A stretch of 64,000 nt of DNA, taken from contig OZ242358.1 of NCBI GenBank assembly GCA_965208835.1, positions 2,007,325-2,071,324 on the forward strand, read 5' to 3'. The notes below the pieces were generated by a model. The model had not been told where the DNA came from. It saw only the letters and a program-made list of their open reading frames with translations, and did no database searches. The translations under genes and the position numbers were made by a program. Positions 18,845-26,428 of this stretch are shown in pieces. How positions within the stretch are numbered: position 1 is the first letter of the stretch; each line of letters opens with the position of its first letter. This DNA is from Candidatus Latescibacterota bacterium (GTDB taxonomy: Bacteria > Latescibacterota > UBA2968 > GCA-2709665).

Positions 18845-20815
18845 CTACCCGTTGGCATCTCTGTCAGCGTTGCTCCCGAAACCGATAAGGACCGCCGGAA
18901 TCATCGCCAGGCCGATCAGCAGCCCGCACCACACCGGGTAGAAAAATGTCGCGCCGACGTACCCTGCGAGTGCCGCGATGCCCATTGTGGTGAGGGCGTA
19001 TGGGAATTGCGTTTTCACGTGGTCCAGATGATCGCAGGAAGTGGCAAGGCTGGACATGACGGTCGTGTCACTTATCGGAGAGCAATGATCACCGAAGATC
19101 GCGCCGTCGAGTACGGCGGCGGCGGCGAGAATAGTGAGCGGGAGACCGCCCAGGCTGTGCGCAAGGGGAACCGCGGTGGGGATGAGGATCGCCATGGTCG
19201 CCCACGACGTGCCGATAGCGAAGGCGACTGACGCCGCCAGGAGGAAGATGAGCAGTGGCAGCAGGCCGGGTACCGCGATCGGCGACAGCGCTGCTGCGAG
19301 ATAGGTGGATGTGCCGATGTCCTTGCAGACCGCCTGAATGGCCCACGCCATGATCAGGATGGCGATGGCATAGTGAATACCCGTGACCCCCTGCGCCCAG
19401 GTCGTTAATGCCGCCAGAGGCCGAATGGGCGCGGGTCCTCCTGAGGGACGGCGCCTGGTAACCGCGATGCCCAGCGCGATCGCGGAACCCAGTATGGCGG
19501 AGAGAAAGAGCACCCGCGCGTTGTCGGCGTTCGAGAAACAGGCGGTCCAGTACGAGAAACTGAAGAGCGAACTCGTCAGGCGTATCGGTCGGACTTCCGG
19601 ATTGGTCCAGGTATCCACGGCCATGCCGGCGATGACGGCGACGACGACGATCAGAACAGGCACGGCCGCCGCCCACCAGGCGGGCCGAACGCCGTCGGCT
19701 GGCAGAACCTCCCTGCTTCGCCGCGCCGCAAGCGGCGTGGCGCCGGGCCGCAGCACCTGTCCGGTCGTCCTGGCCCGGTACTCTGCGCGGTACATGGGTC
19801 CGTAGTCCCGCTGGAGCCAGGCAGACGCTGCGACGAACGCCAATGTAAAAAGGCAGTAGAATCGAGCGGGAAGGGCGTGGAAGAAGAGTTGATAGCCCGA
19901 AAGGCCGGTGTCGAGATCCCGCATGAGGTCGCCGAAGAGTCCGACCTCGAATCCGATCCAGGTGCTGATGACCGCGACGCCCGCCACCGGGGCGGCGGTG
20001 GAATCGACGATGTACGCGAGTTTTTCCCGGGAGATCCGGAACCGGTCGGCCATTGGCCGAAGGGTCGTGCCCGCCACGATCGTATTGGCGTAGTCATCGA
20101 AGAATATCGCCAGTCCCATGAAGAATGCGGCCAGACGCGTGGACCGTGCGCTTTCCGATCGGGAGGCAAGGAGCGCGGCGATCCCCAGGTTGCCTCCCGC
20201 GAGCGATGTCACCCGTACCATGCCTATCAGGGCCGCGGTAAAGCCGAGAATGTAGAGTTGAAACGACGATCTGAGCGGGGTCCAGACGTAATTCACGGCG
20301 GCCTTTTCGAAGGCGGCGAACGGGAGTTCGTAGAGTGGGACCTCGCCTACCGTGAGAACGCCTCCGCAGAGAACGGCCAGCGACAGACCCAGGAGAACGC
20401 GTCCGCTGAAAATGGCCACCAGAATGGCCGCTATCGGCGGGAAGAGGCTCCAGCCGTCGATGGACCTCAGGCGCGTCCGACGTTGGGAAGCCGTTGTCGA
20501 CGCGGTCAGAACCAGTCCATCCGCGCCTTCACGGCACGTAATCACGATTTCCGGCGCGCCGGACTCGGGAGTCTCTCGGCGTCGGCGCACCTCCTCGAAA
20601 CCGGAACGGCAGCGGGGGTCCCCGTCGTCCGCGAGCCGCCACGGGCCGTCGCCCATGGCCTTCGACAGAATGGGTAGCTCGGTCACGATCTGCTGATGAA
20701 TAACGCGGTCCCGGTTTTTCGGCAACACCGCTACGAAAACCGCGGCCAGCGAAAGTGCTGCCAGAACGCGCACCGAGGTGACTGTTATGCTTCTTTCCTT
20801 CGTTTCCGGATTCAT
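18845..20815 (-). CDS. NhaC-type Na+/H+ antiporter-like membrane protein with an extra N-terminal region
   Basis: The track ORF runs to 21064 through repeat A1. ATG 20815 (MNPETKE) is preferred. The C-terminal approx 480 aa are polytopic and NhaC-like by pattern. The first approx 150 aa are one helix plus a soluble segment. Confidence 0.65.
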   Translation of the reverse strand: MNPETKERSITVTSVRVLAALSLAAVFVAVLPKNRDRVIHQQIVTELPILSKAMGDGPWRLADDGDPRCRSGFEEVRRRRETPESGAPEIVITCREGADGLVLTASTTASQRRTRLRSIDGWSLFPPIAAILVAIFSGRVLLGLSLAVLCGGVLTVGEVPLYELPFAAFEKAAVNYVWTPLRSSFQLYILGFTAALIGMVRVTSLAGGNLGIAALLASRSESARSTRLAAFFMGLAIFFDDYANTIVAGTTLRPMADRFRISREKLAYIVDSTAAPVAGVAVISTWIGFEVGLFGDLMRDLDTGLSGYQLFFHALPARFYCLFTLAFVAASAWLQRDYGPMYRAEYRARTTGQVLRPGATPLAARRSREVLPADGVRPAWWAAAVPVLIVVVAVIAGMAVDTWTNPEVRPIRLTSSLFSFSYWTACFSNADNARVLFLSAILGSAIALGIAVTRRRPSGGPAPIRPLAALTTWAQGVTGIHYAIAILIMAWAIQAVCKDIGTSTYLAAALSPIAVPGLLPLLIFLLAASVAFAIGTSWATMAILIPTAVPLAHSLGGLPLTILAAAAVLDGAIFGDHCSPISDTTVMSSLATSCDHLDHVKTQFPYALTTMGIAALAGYVGATFFYPVWCGLLIGLAMIPAVLIGFGSNADRDANG

Positions 20816-20963
20816 GGGTCGCCTGTCGCTGCGACGGACTGGATGGAAGCCTGTTGAGGTTGCGATTCCGCGCGAGGGATGCGCTCGTTGGAAAAAGACG
20901 TTTCTATTCGAACGATAGCGTCCTATCTTTATGGTGGACGAGTTGACCGGGGCAGGCCTTAGC

Positions 20964-21122
20964 AGTCCGTTGATAAAGTCGCTCTGCAGGCGAGGCCGAG
21001 CCATTGTGGCCGAAGACAAGGCGCGCAACCGAGTCCCATCCTGCGATTCGGCGAGGGCGCGCAACGCGGTATTTCGACCGCAAGGGCCGGCCGCAGCCCG
21101 GATGGGCTTTTTCTACGGGCTT
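20964..21122 (-). repeat. repeat family A, copy A1 (MITE-like imperfect palindrome, reverse orientation)
   Basis: Its reverse complement aligns by eye with 34945-35095 and 55874-56031, with few mismatches to A3. It is intergenic between the NhaC-like and K+ channel genes. Confidence 0.85.
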
Positions 21123-21267
21123 TTAGGCGAAGATCAACGACCGACACCCGGAAGCGGCGAGCGAGCGCCGAATGTCACTCGGTCGAGGGCAGGTTGAAGG
21201 GCGTTGCCATCAACGTGGCAACCCGTCGTCTGCAATGACACCGATCAGCTTTATCTGAAGGGGTGCC

Positions 21268-22062
21268 ATGATAGACCGGTTTAAGGAACGAGCCAACGAA
21301 ATTCTGGACAAGGCGCAGACGGGCGACAGGACGAGTCGACTGATCGACCTGTTCATCATGGGATTGATTGTCCTCAACGTCGTGGCGGTCATCCTGGAAA
21401 CGGTGGAGACCGTGCTGGCGTCGTACCGCTGGGCATTTGAGGCGTTCGATGCTTTTTCCGTGGGTGTCTTTACCATCGAATACCTGCTTCGCCTGTGGTC
21501 GTGTACCGCGGACGGTCGGTATTCCCGTCCCGTTCGGGGTCGGATACGGTTTTTCCTGACGCCACTGGCCCTCGTGGACCTGATTGCGATCCTCCCGTTC
21601 TATCTTCCTCTGGTGACAACGGTCGATCTGCGGGTCCTTCGCGCCATGAGGCTCTTGCGGTTGTTCAAGCTGGGACGGTATTCCACTTCGTTGCAGACGC
21701 TTGGGAATGTGCTGCGGAAGCACAGGGGCGAACTGGTCGTGACACTCTTCGTCCTGCTGATCATGCTGGTCATTGCGTCGACGTTGATGTATTTTGCCGA
21801 ACATCGTGCTCAGCCCGATGCCTTCTCAAGTATACCCTCGGCGATGTGGTGGGGCATCGTAACGCTCACGACGGTGGGGTACGGAGACACGTACCCGGTA
21901 ACCGGCGTGGGAAAAGTACTGGGTGCGGTGATCGCGCTTCTGGGAATCGGAATGTTCGCCCTTCCGGCAGGTATCCTGGGTTCAGGGTTTGCCGGAGAGA
22001 TCGACCGGCGAAAGGAAGAAGGCGGTGTCTGTCCGCACTGCGGACGTGAGATGGAGTCGTGA
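21268..22062 (+). CDS. voltage-gated K+ channel (6-TM ion transport family)
   Basis: 264 aa with the S4-like RVLRAMRLLRLFKLGR, the selectivity filter TTVGYGD and a C-terminal CPHCG. Confidence 0.85.
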   Translation: MIDRFKERANEILDKAQTGDRTSRLIDLFIMGLIVLNVVAVILETVETVLASYRWAFEAFDAFSVGVFTIEYLLRLWSCTADGRYSRPVRGRIRFFLTPLALVDLIAILPFYLPLVTTVDLRVLRAMRLLRLFKLGRYSTSLQTLGNVLRKHRGELVVTLFVLLIMLVIASTLMYFAEHRAQPDAFSSIPSAMWWGIVTLTTVGYGDTYPVTGVGKVLGAVIALLGIGMFALPAGILGSGFAGEIDRRKEEGGVCPHCGREMES

Positions 22063-22249
22063 GAAGCTGTTTTAAGATTACCGGCGAATTCCCGAGCGCG
22101 AGCGAAAAAGTGGCGGTCAAGGCGGAAAAATCCGGCTATGAGAGGCGAGCAAGCGCAGCCTCGATCTCGTAAGACGGGTGGATTTGACCAACGCCGACCG
22201 GCGCTTTTGCAGCCGTGCGAAGACCGCTGGGAATTTTAAGACAGCTTCT
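22062..22249 (+). repeat. repeat family B, copy B1 (MITE-like imperfect palindrome)
   Basis: The termini AGAAGCTGTTTTAAGATT ... AATTTTAAGACAGCTTCT are inverted repeats. The internal sequence aligns with 35216-35380 and 58749-58960. The 5' end overlaps the K+ channel stop codon. Confidence 0.85.
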
Positions 22250-22292
22250 GCACCTGTCGTAATTCGAGCGAATCAGCAAAGGAGCGTCCAGA

Positions 22293-23090
22293 ATGGAGAC
22301 GACTGTTGGATGTACGACCCGGCCCTACGGCCAGCTGAGTTACAGCGAAGCCTACGGCCGGATTGCGGAAGCCGGCTACTCGGACGTGGCGGTTTTTGCG
22401 AATGAAGGCCAGGTGCCTGTGGGACCCGGGAGCTCTCCGGCCGAGGTCGCCGCGGTGCGCAACGCGGCGGATGCAGCAGGCGTGGTCCCTTCGATGCTCA
22501 TCGGTGGCACCCAGCTGGGCGGGGGGCTTGAGGCAGCGGTGGACGCCTACAAGCGGCTGATTGACAATGCGGCCGCGCTGGGCACGACCTGGCTCCTGGA
22601 TTGCGGGACCAGCAACGAGGCCCACTTCGACGACTATTTCGAGTTGATGCGGCAGTCCGCGCCCCATGCGTACGAGGTCGGCGTGAATATAACCATGAAG
22701 CCCCACGGTGGCATCAGTCTCACCGTATCCCACCTTCTTGCGGCCAACGGCAACGTCAACCACCCGGCCTTCGGCATCTGTTTCGATCCAGGCAATATCA
22801 TCTACTATACGAAAGGCGACCTGCGGCCCGAGACAGACGTCTCGGAAGTGGCGTCCGTGGTGACAACGGGAATTATCAAGGACTGCACAGTCACCGACGG
22901 TGTTCCCGAGGTGATGGTAACTCCGGGCGACGGGCTTGTTGATTTCCATTCGGTGTTGTCCGGACTGGCCGGCGGCGGTTTCGGCGGGCCGCTCTACGTG
23001 GAATGCGTGGGTGGGAAGGAGCCGGATGAGGTGGACCGGGACATCGCATTTACGCGGGGGTACGTCGAGGGGATCCTTTCCGGGCTCTAA
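22293..23090 (+). CDS. sugar phosphate isomerase/epimerase (xylose isomerase-like TIM barrel)
   Basis: 265 aa with AGGAG upstream of the ATG. The pattern GYSDVAVF...AAALGTTWLL...FDPGNIIYY fits the AP_endonuc_2/TIM-barrel family. Confidence 0.8.
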   Translation: METTVGCTTRPYGQLSYSEAYGRIAEAGYSDVAVFANEGQVPVGPGSSPAEVAAVRNAADAAGVVPSMLIGGTQLGGGLEAAVDAYKRLIDNAAALGTTWLLDCGTSNEAHFDDYFELMRQSAPHAYEVGVNITMKPHGGISLTVSHLLAANGNVNHPAFGICFDPGNIIYYTKGDLRPETDVSEVASVVTTGIIKDCTVTDGVPEVMVTPGDGLVDFHSVLSGLAGGGFGGPLYVECVGGKEPDEVDRDIAFTRGYVEGILSGL

Positions 23091-23104
23091 CGGCGATTCG
23101 ATCG

Positions 23105-23488
23105 TCAGTCCAGAACCGCCGTGACTTCGATTTCAACGTTGGCTCCGGCCGGGAGGGCAACCACCTGCACGCAGCTTCGCCCGGGAGGGTCATTCGGGAA
23201 ATATTCAGCGTAGACGGCGTTCATTTCGGCAAATTCCGATATGTCCGTCATATAGACAACCGTCCGGACCGCGTGGTCCATCGTGGCGCCCGCGGCCTCC
23301 AGGATCGCCGCGATATTTTCCAGCGTCTGACGGGTTTCCGCGGCAATACCGCCGCTGACAATTGTGCCTGTTGCGGGGTCGATTCCCTTTTCGCCCGCGA
23401 CGAAGATCAACTCGCCGGTTTTTATGGCCTGCGAATAGGGACCCACTGGAAGCGCGGCTCTATCGGTGGTAATCACCTCTTTCTGCAT
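23105..23488 (-). CDS. ridA: RidA/YjgF-family reactive intermediate deaminase
   Basis: 127 aa. PVGPYSQAI...GELIFVAGEKGIDP...RSCVQVVALPAGANVEIEVTAV matches the RidA family pattern. Confidence 0.9.
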   Translation of the reverse strand: MQKEVITTDRAALPVGPYSQAIKTGELIFVAGEKGIDPATGTIVSGGIAAETRQTLENIAAILEAAGATMDHAVRTVVYMTDISEFAEMNAVYAEYFPNDPPGRSCVQVVALPAGANVEIEVTAVLD

Positions 23489-23547
23489 GACGCGATATCT
23501 CCATTCTTAACAATGATTAGTAAGTTTTCATGGACGTCAATTCGAAA

Positions 23548-23714
23548 GCGGGTAGACGGGAGACGTAAGACGGTAGAAGATGTCCTCGCCGGCTAATTTA
23601 TACCTCCTTGCCTCCGGCACGAAGAGAAGCCTCACAAGGCAGGATATCTCTACCCTCTACCGGCTACCGTCTCACCGCTCTTGGTCTACCGTCTTCCCTT
23701 TACCCTCTACCCGC
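23548..23714. repeat. large imperfect inverted repeat (purine-rich arm / pyrimidine-rich CTACC-type tract) in a 505-bp non-coding region
   Basis: The 5' arm is GCGGGTAGACGGGAGACGTAAGACGGTAGAAGA (23548-23580). Its near-complement is GGTCTACCGTCTTCCCTTTACCCTCTACCCGC (23683-23714). A further partial copy lies at 23648-23680. Confidence 0.6.
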
Positions 23715-23993
23715 ATTCAGGCTTTTTGTGGCCAATTTGACTGTAGTCTTTTTCGATTTGAGTTTAATTGTGGTACGTCTTGTGTCAATATCGAAGGGAC
23801 GGTTGCGTGCCGGGGTCTGCGGCGGATGGCGTTGCCCCCTTCCGTGGTCGTCTTTGATAACGTCATCCTGCGGGATTGTCAAGGAGAAATACCCGGATCG
23901 TCCGCACCGGCGCGTCGAACACGGGTCAGAAAACGCGTGCCGGTCCGGATTCCTGTCTGCGGCGGCTCCGAATGTGAATGAGGGAATGCGTCT

Positions 23994-24419
23994 ATGGGTA
24001 ATGGATCTCGAGATGTCAGACGACTGGAACTGCCCAGTTGCGTAGAGTCGCTGCATGAGGCAGTGGATGCCGCGGCGCGGGTCACTGCCGATCTGGAGAT
24101 GAGCGAAGATGCCTGCGACGAGGTGGCCATTGCGCTCACCGAAGCCGTGAACAATGCCATTTTCCATGGAAATGAGGGTGTGCGGGAGAAAGCGTTCACG
24201 GTCGAATTCACCGTGGTGGACGGGATGCTGGATATCGCGGTCCTGGATCAGGGTCCGGGCTTCGACCCGGCGGAGGTACCGGATCCGCTCGCTGAGGAAA
24301 ACCTGTTGAATCCGTCCGGACGCGGCCTGCTGATGATGCGTGCCATGGTGGACGACGTCCAGCATCATTTTTGCGAGGCCGGTACGAGGGTCGTCCTACG
24401 CAAACGCATCGCATCCTGA
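23994..24419 (+). CDS. anti-sigma regulatory factor-type serine kinase (HATPase_c; RsbW/SpoIIAB-like), stand-alone
   Basis: 141 aa. ALTEAVNNAIFHGN (N-box-like), LDQGPGFD (G1-like) and GRGLLMMRAM (G2-like) are present. No STAS, sigma factor or PP2C gene is adjacent. Confidence 0.75.
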   Translation: MGNGSRDVRRLELPSCVESLHEAVDAAARVTADLEMSEDACDEVAIALTEAVNNAIFHGNEGVREKAFTVEFTVVDGMLDIAVLDQGPGFDPAEVPDPLAEENLLNPSGRGLLMMRAMVDDVQHHFCEAGTRVVLRKRIAS

Positions 24420-24420
24420 A

Positions 24421-24630
24421 GAATAGACGAGAATACGAGAAAACCAGAAGACGAATGATGTATTCCCGCTCTTTCGTAGTTTCGTCTTCTCGTAGTCTCG
24501 CTCTTTCGTAGTTTCGTCTTCTCGTAGTTTCGCTCTTTCGTATTCTCGCAGTTTCGCTCTTTCGTAGTTCCGTTCTTTCGTAGTTCCGTTCTTTCGTAGT
24601 TTCGTAGTCTCGTTCTCTCGAGGTCTCTCC
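24421..24630 (+). repeat. purine-rich arm followed by a 16-bp-period tandem repeat array that ends at the start codon of the next gene
   Basis: The arm GAATAGACGAGAATACGAGAAAACCAGAAGACGAATGA spans 24421-24458. The array spans 24471-24630 with units such as CGCTCTTTCGTAGTTT and CGTCTTCTCGTAGTYT. TCGTAGT-like cores start at 24474, 24490, 24506, 24522, 24538, 24546, 24562, 24578, 24594, 24602 and 24618. Confidence 0.9.
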
Positions 24631-25704
24631 ATGCGTATCGAATCTATTGAGACAATTTTGCTTTCCTGTTTCTGGGGGCCGTCCGATCGGGGAGTCAAGC
24701 GGACCTGGCCCCTTCAGCTTGTCCGGGCGGATAACGGGCTCGTGGGCATTGGAAGGGGTGGTAGCGCCGAGCTGATCGAGCGGGAATTCGCGCCGATACT
24801 CGTGGGCGAAGATCCGCGCCGGCCCGCCCGGCTCTGGCAGCGGATGTATGATCTCGCGTGGCGATTTCGGGGTCCGGGACGTTCCGCGATGGGCACGATC
24901 GGCGCTCTGGACGTGGCGATCTGGGATTTGTATGGCAGGGCGTGCGGCGAACCGGTCTGGCGGCTGCTGGGCGGCTTTCGGGACCGTGTCACCGCGTACG
25001 CGGACGGGATCGGCTACGAACACCAGAACGCGGAAGAGGTTGCCGCCCTGGTCAGGAAACACGCGGACCTGGGATTCAAGGCCGTGAAGTTTCATCTGTC
25101 GAATGACGATCGGGAACTCGCGCTGGACAAGGTCAGGCTGTCGCGCCGGGCTCTGGGCGACGACACGAGGTTGATGATCGACATCCACAGGATGTGGGAG
25201 GGGAAGACGGCGGCTCAGATGGCGCGTCGGTTCGAGCCGTACGACCTGTACTGGATCGAGGAACCCGTGCGCGGCGACGACGAGGCGTCGCACATGCGGA
25301 TGGTGCGGGAGGCCACGGGGTCTCTGGTTGCCGGCGGCGAGAGCGAGGGCACGCTTTATGGCATTCGTCACCTGATCGTAGACGGCGGCCTTCAGGTCGT
25401 CCAGTCGGATATCATCGGAGGCGGCGGGTTTACCGGACTCATGCGGATGGCGGCGCTGGCCGAGGCGCACCACGTCTACGTTGCGCCTCACGGTGCCTCG
25501 TTTCCGGAAATCAACTGCCACCTGATCGCCGCCGCGCCCAACGGGCTGATGGTTTCCGCATGCCCGCATACCGAGCCGTACCAGATCTGGTCGGAACTCT
25601 ACGATCCGCCTTTTCAGATCGTAGATGGAATGATCCAAATGGGGGACGAACCCGGCCTCGGGCTGACGCTGAACGAAGAATTCATCGCTGCGCATAGGGT
25701 GTAA
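24631..25704 (+). CDS. enolase-superfamily enzyme (mandelate racemase/muconate lactonizing enzyme family; dehydratase-like)
   Basis: 357 aa. The family pattern is seen in ALDVAIWDLYGRACGEPVWRLLGG, KAVKFHL, IDIHRMW, LYWIEEP and GGES. Confidence 0.9.
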   Translation: MRIESIETILLSCFWGPSDRGVKRTWPLQLVRADNGLVGIGRGGSAELIEREFAPILVGEDPRRPARLWQRMYDLAWRFRGPGRSAMGTIGALDVAIWDLYGRACGEPVWRLLGGFRDRVTAYADGIGYEHQNAEEVAALVRKHADLGFKAVKFHLSNDDRELALDKVRLSRRALGDDTRLMIDIHRMWEGKTAAQMARRFEPYDLYWIEEPVRGDDEASHMRMVREATGSLVAGGESEGTLYGIRHLIVDGGLQVVQSDIIGGGGFTGLMRMAALAEAHHVYVAPHGASFPEINCHLIAAAPNGLMVSACPHTEPYQIWSELYDPPFQIVDGMIQMGDEPGLGLTLNEEFIAAHRV

Positions 25705-25733
25705 GGCAAGGAATAAGGCACTGTCGTACTGTC

Positions 25734-26318
25734 GTGCCGGAGTTGCCATCCATGACCAGACCAGGCCAGTTGGAACGCGCGGAACTGAACGAGGAACAGG
25801 CGCGGATTTACGACGCCATCATCGAGACCAGGGGCAGCATCGCCGGGCCGTTCGGAATCTGGCTGTACAGTCCCGAGTTGGCCGACCGTGCGCAGAGCCT
25901 GGGCGAATTCGTCCGGTACCGCACCTGCCTGGAGCCGAGGCTCAGCGAGCTCGCCATTCTCGTTACGGCGCGATTCTGGGATTGCCAGGTGGAGTGGTCC
26001 CTGCACGAACCCTTCGCCGTGGAAAGCGGGTTGAGCGAAAGGGCCATCGACGCGGTCCGTCACGGGAGGGATCCCCATTTCGGCCGAGACGACGAACGCG
26101 CGGTTTTCGACTACGTCAGCGAGTTGCTCAACAATCGATTCATTCCGGACGGCATTTTCAACGCCGCACGGGAAGCGCTCGGCAAGACCGGTGTCGTGGA
26201 GTTGACCGGGATTGTCGGCTACTACAGCCTGGTGGCGCAGACGCTCAATGCGTTTCAGGTCCCGGTTCCCGAGGGTTGCGCGCCAACCCTTGTCGACTGC
26301 ACCACGTTCAATCCTTAG
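25734..26318 (+). CDS. carboxymuconolactone decarboxylase (CMD/AhpD-like) family protein
   Basis: 194 aa. AILVTARFWDCQVEWSLHEP and the C-terminal helical region are typical of the CMD family. The start could instead be ATG 25752. Confidence 0.75.
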   Translation: MPELPSMTRPGQLERAELNEEQARIYDAIIETRGSIAGPFGIWLYSPELADRAQSLGEFVRYRTCLEPRLSELAILVTARFWDCQVEWSLHEPFAVESGLSERAIDAVRHGRDPHFGRDDERAVFDYVSELLNNRFIPDGIFNAAREALGKTGVVELTGIVGYYSLVAQTLNAFQVPVPEGCAPTLVDCTTFNP

Positions 26319-26428
26319 CGGCGCTACGTCGTCAATGCCTGGCTTTGCTCCAGGCGACGCCAGATTCAGACAGAAGTATCCTCGAGTGTTGGATCGAACG
26401 TAAGAAGTTGAAAATATGCATCTTCTGT

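Noticed and set aside
20931-20965. tRNA-Trp-like remnant next to A1 (TCAACT and GTTCGAAT words)
   Set aside because: No cloverleaf can be drawn, and the similarity to the tRNA-Trp 5' end beside A3 is limited to a few bases.
20816-21064. N-terminal extension of the NhaC ORF, and ORFs 34875-35135 and 55822-56268, which share the peptide AES(L/Q)DGTR(S/L)RALSS
   Set aside because: The shared peptide comes from repeat family A, which occurs in both orientations and in three unrelated contexts. There is no consistent start, RBS or reading-frame conservation outside the repeat.
20964-22249. Repeats A/B as integron attC sites with the K+ channel as a cassette
   Set aside because: The termini do not fit the RYYYAAC / GTTRRRY core-site consensus. 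The A ends read (C/T)ATCAAC and GTTGA(G/C)(G/A). No intI integrase or attI is present in the window.
24471-24630. Possible CRISPR array
   Set aside because: The units are 8/16 bp and directly abutting. There are no unique spacers and no cas genes, so this is a simple tandem repeat.
24396-24698. Minus-strand ORF encoding a charged repeat peptide (ERNYER.. / KLRE.. units)
   Set aside because: It is simply the 16-bp tandem array translated. The 16-bp unit is not a multiple of 3, so the peptide repeat is irregular. The ORF also overlaps the start of the well-supported enolase-superfamily gene.
24208-25749. 513-aa minus-strand ORF, together with similar long antisense ORFs at 27534-29489, 15586-17085, 17082-18314, 6221-7357, 59668-60687 and 14536-15531
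   Set aside because: Each lies antisense to a gene with strong family motifs (enolase superfamily, ABC ATPase/permease, FG-GAP/ASPIC, hyuB, rpoB). Their products are Arg/Pro/Gly-rich and low-complexity. They are GC-rich frame artefacts.
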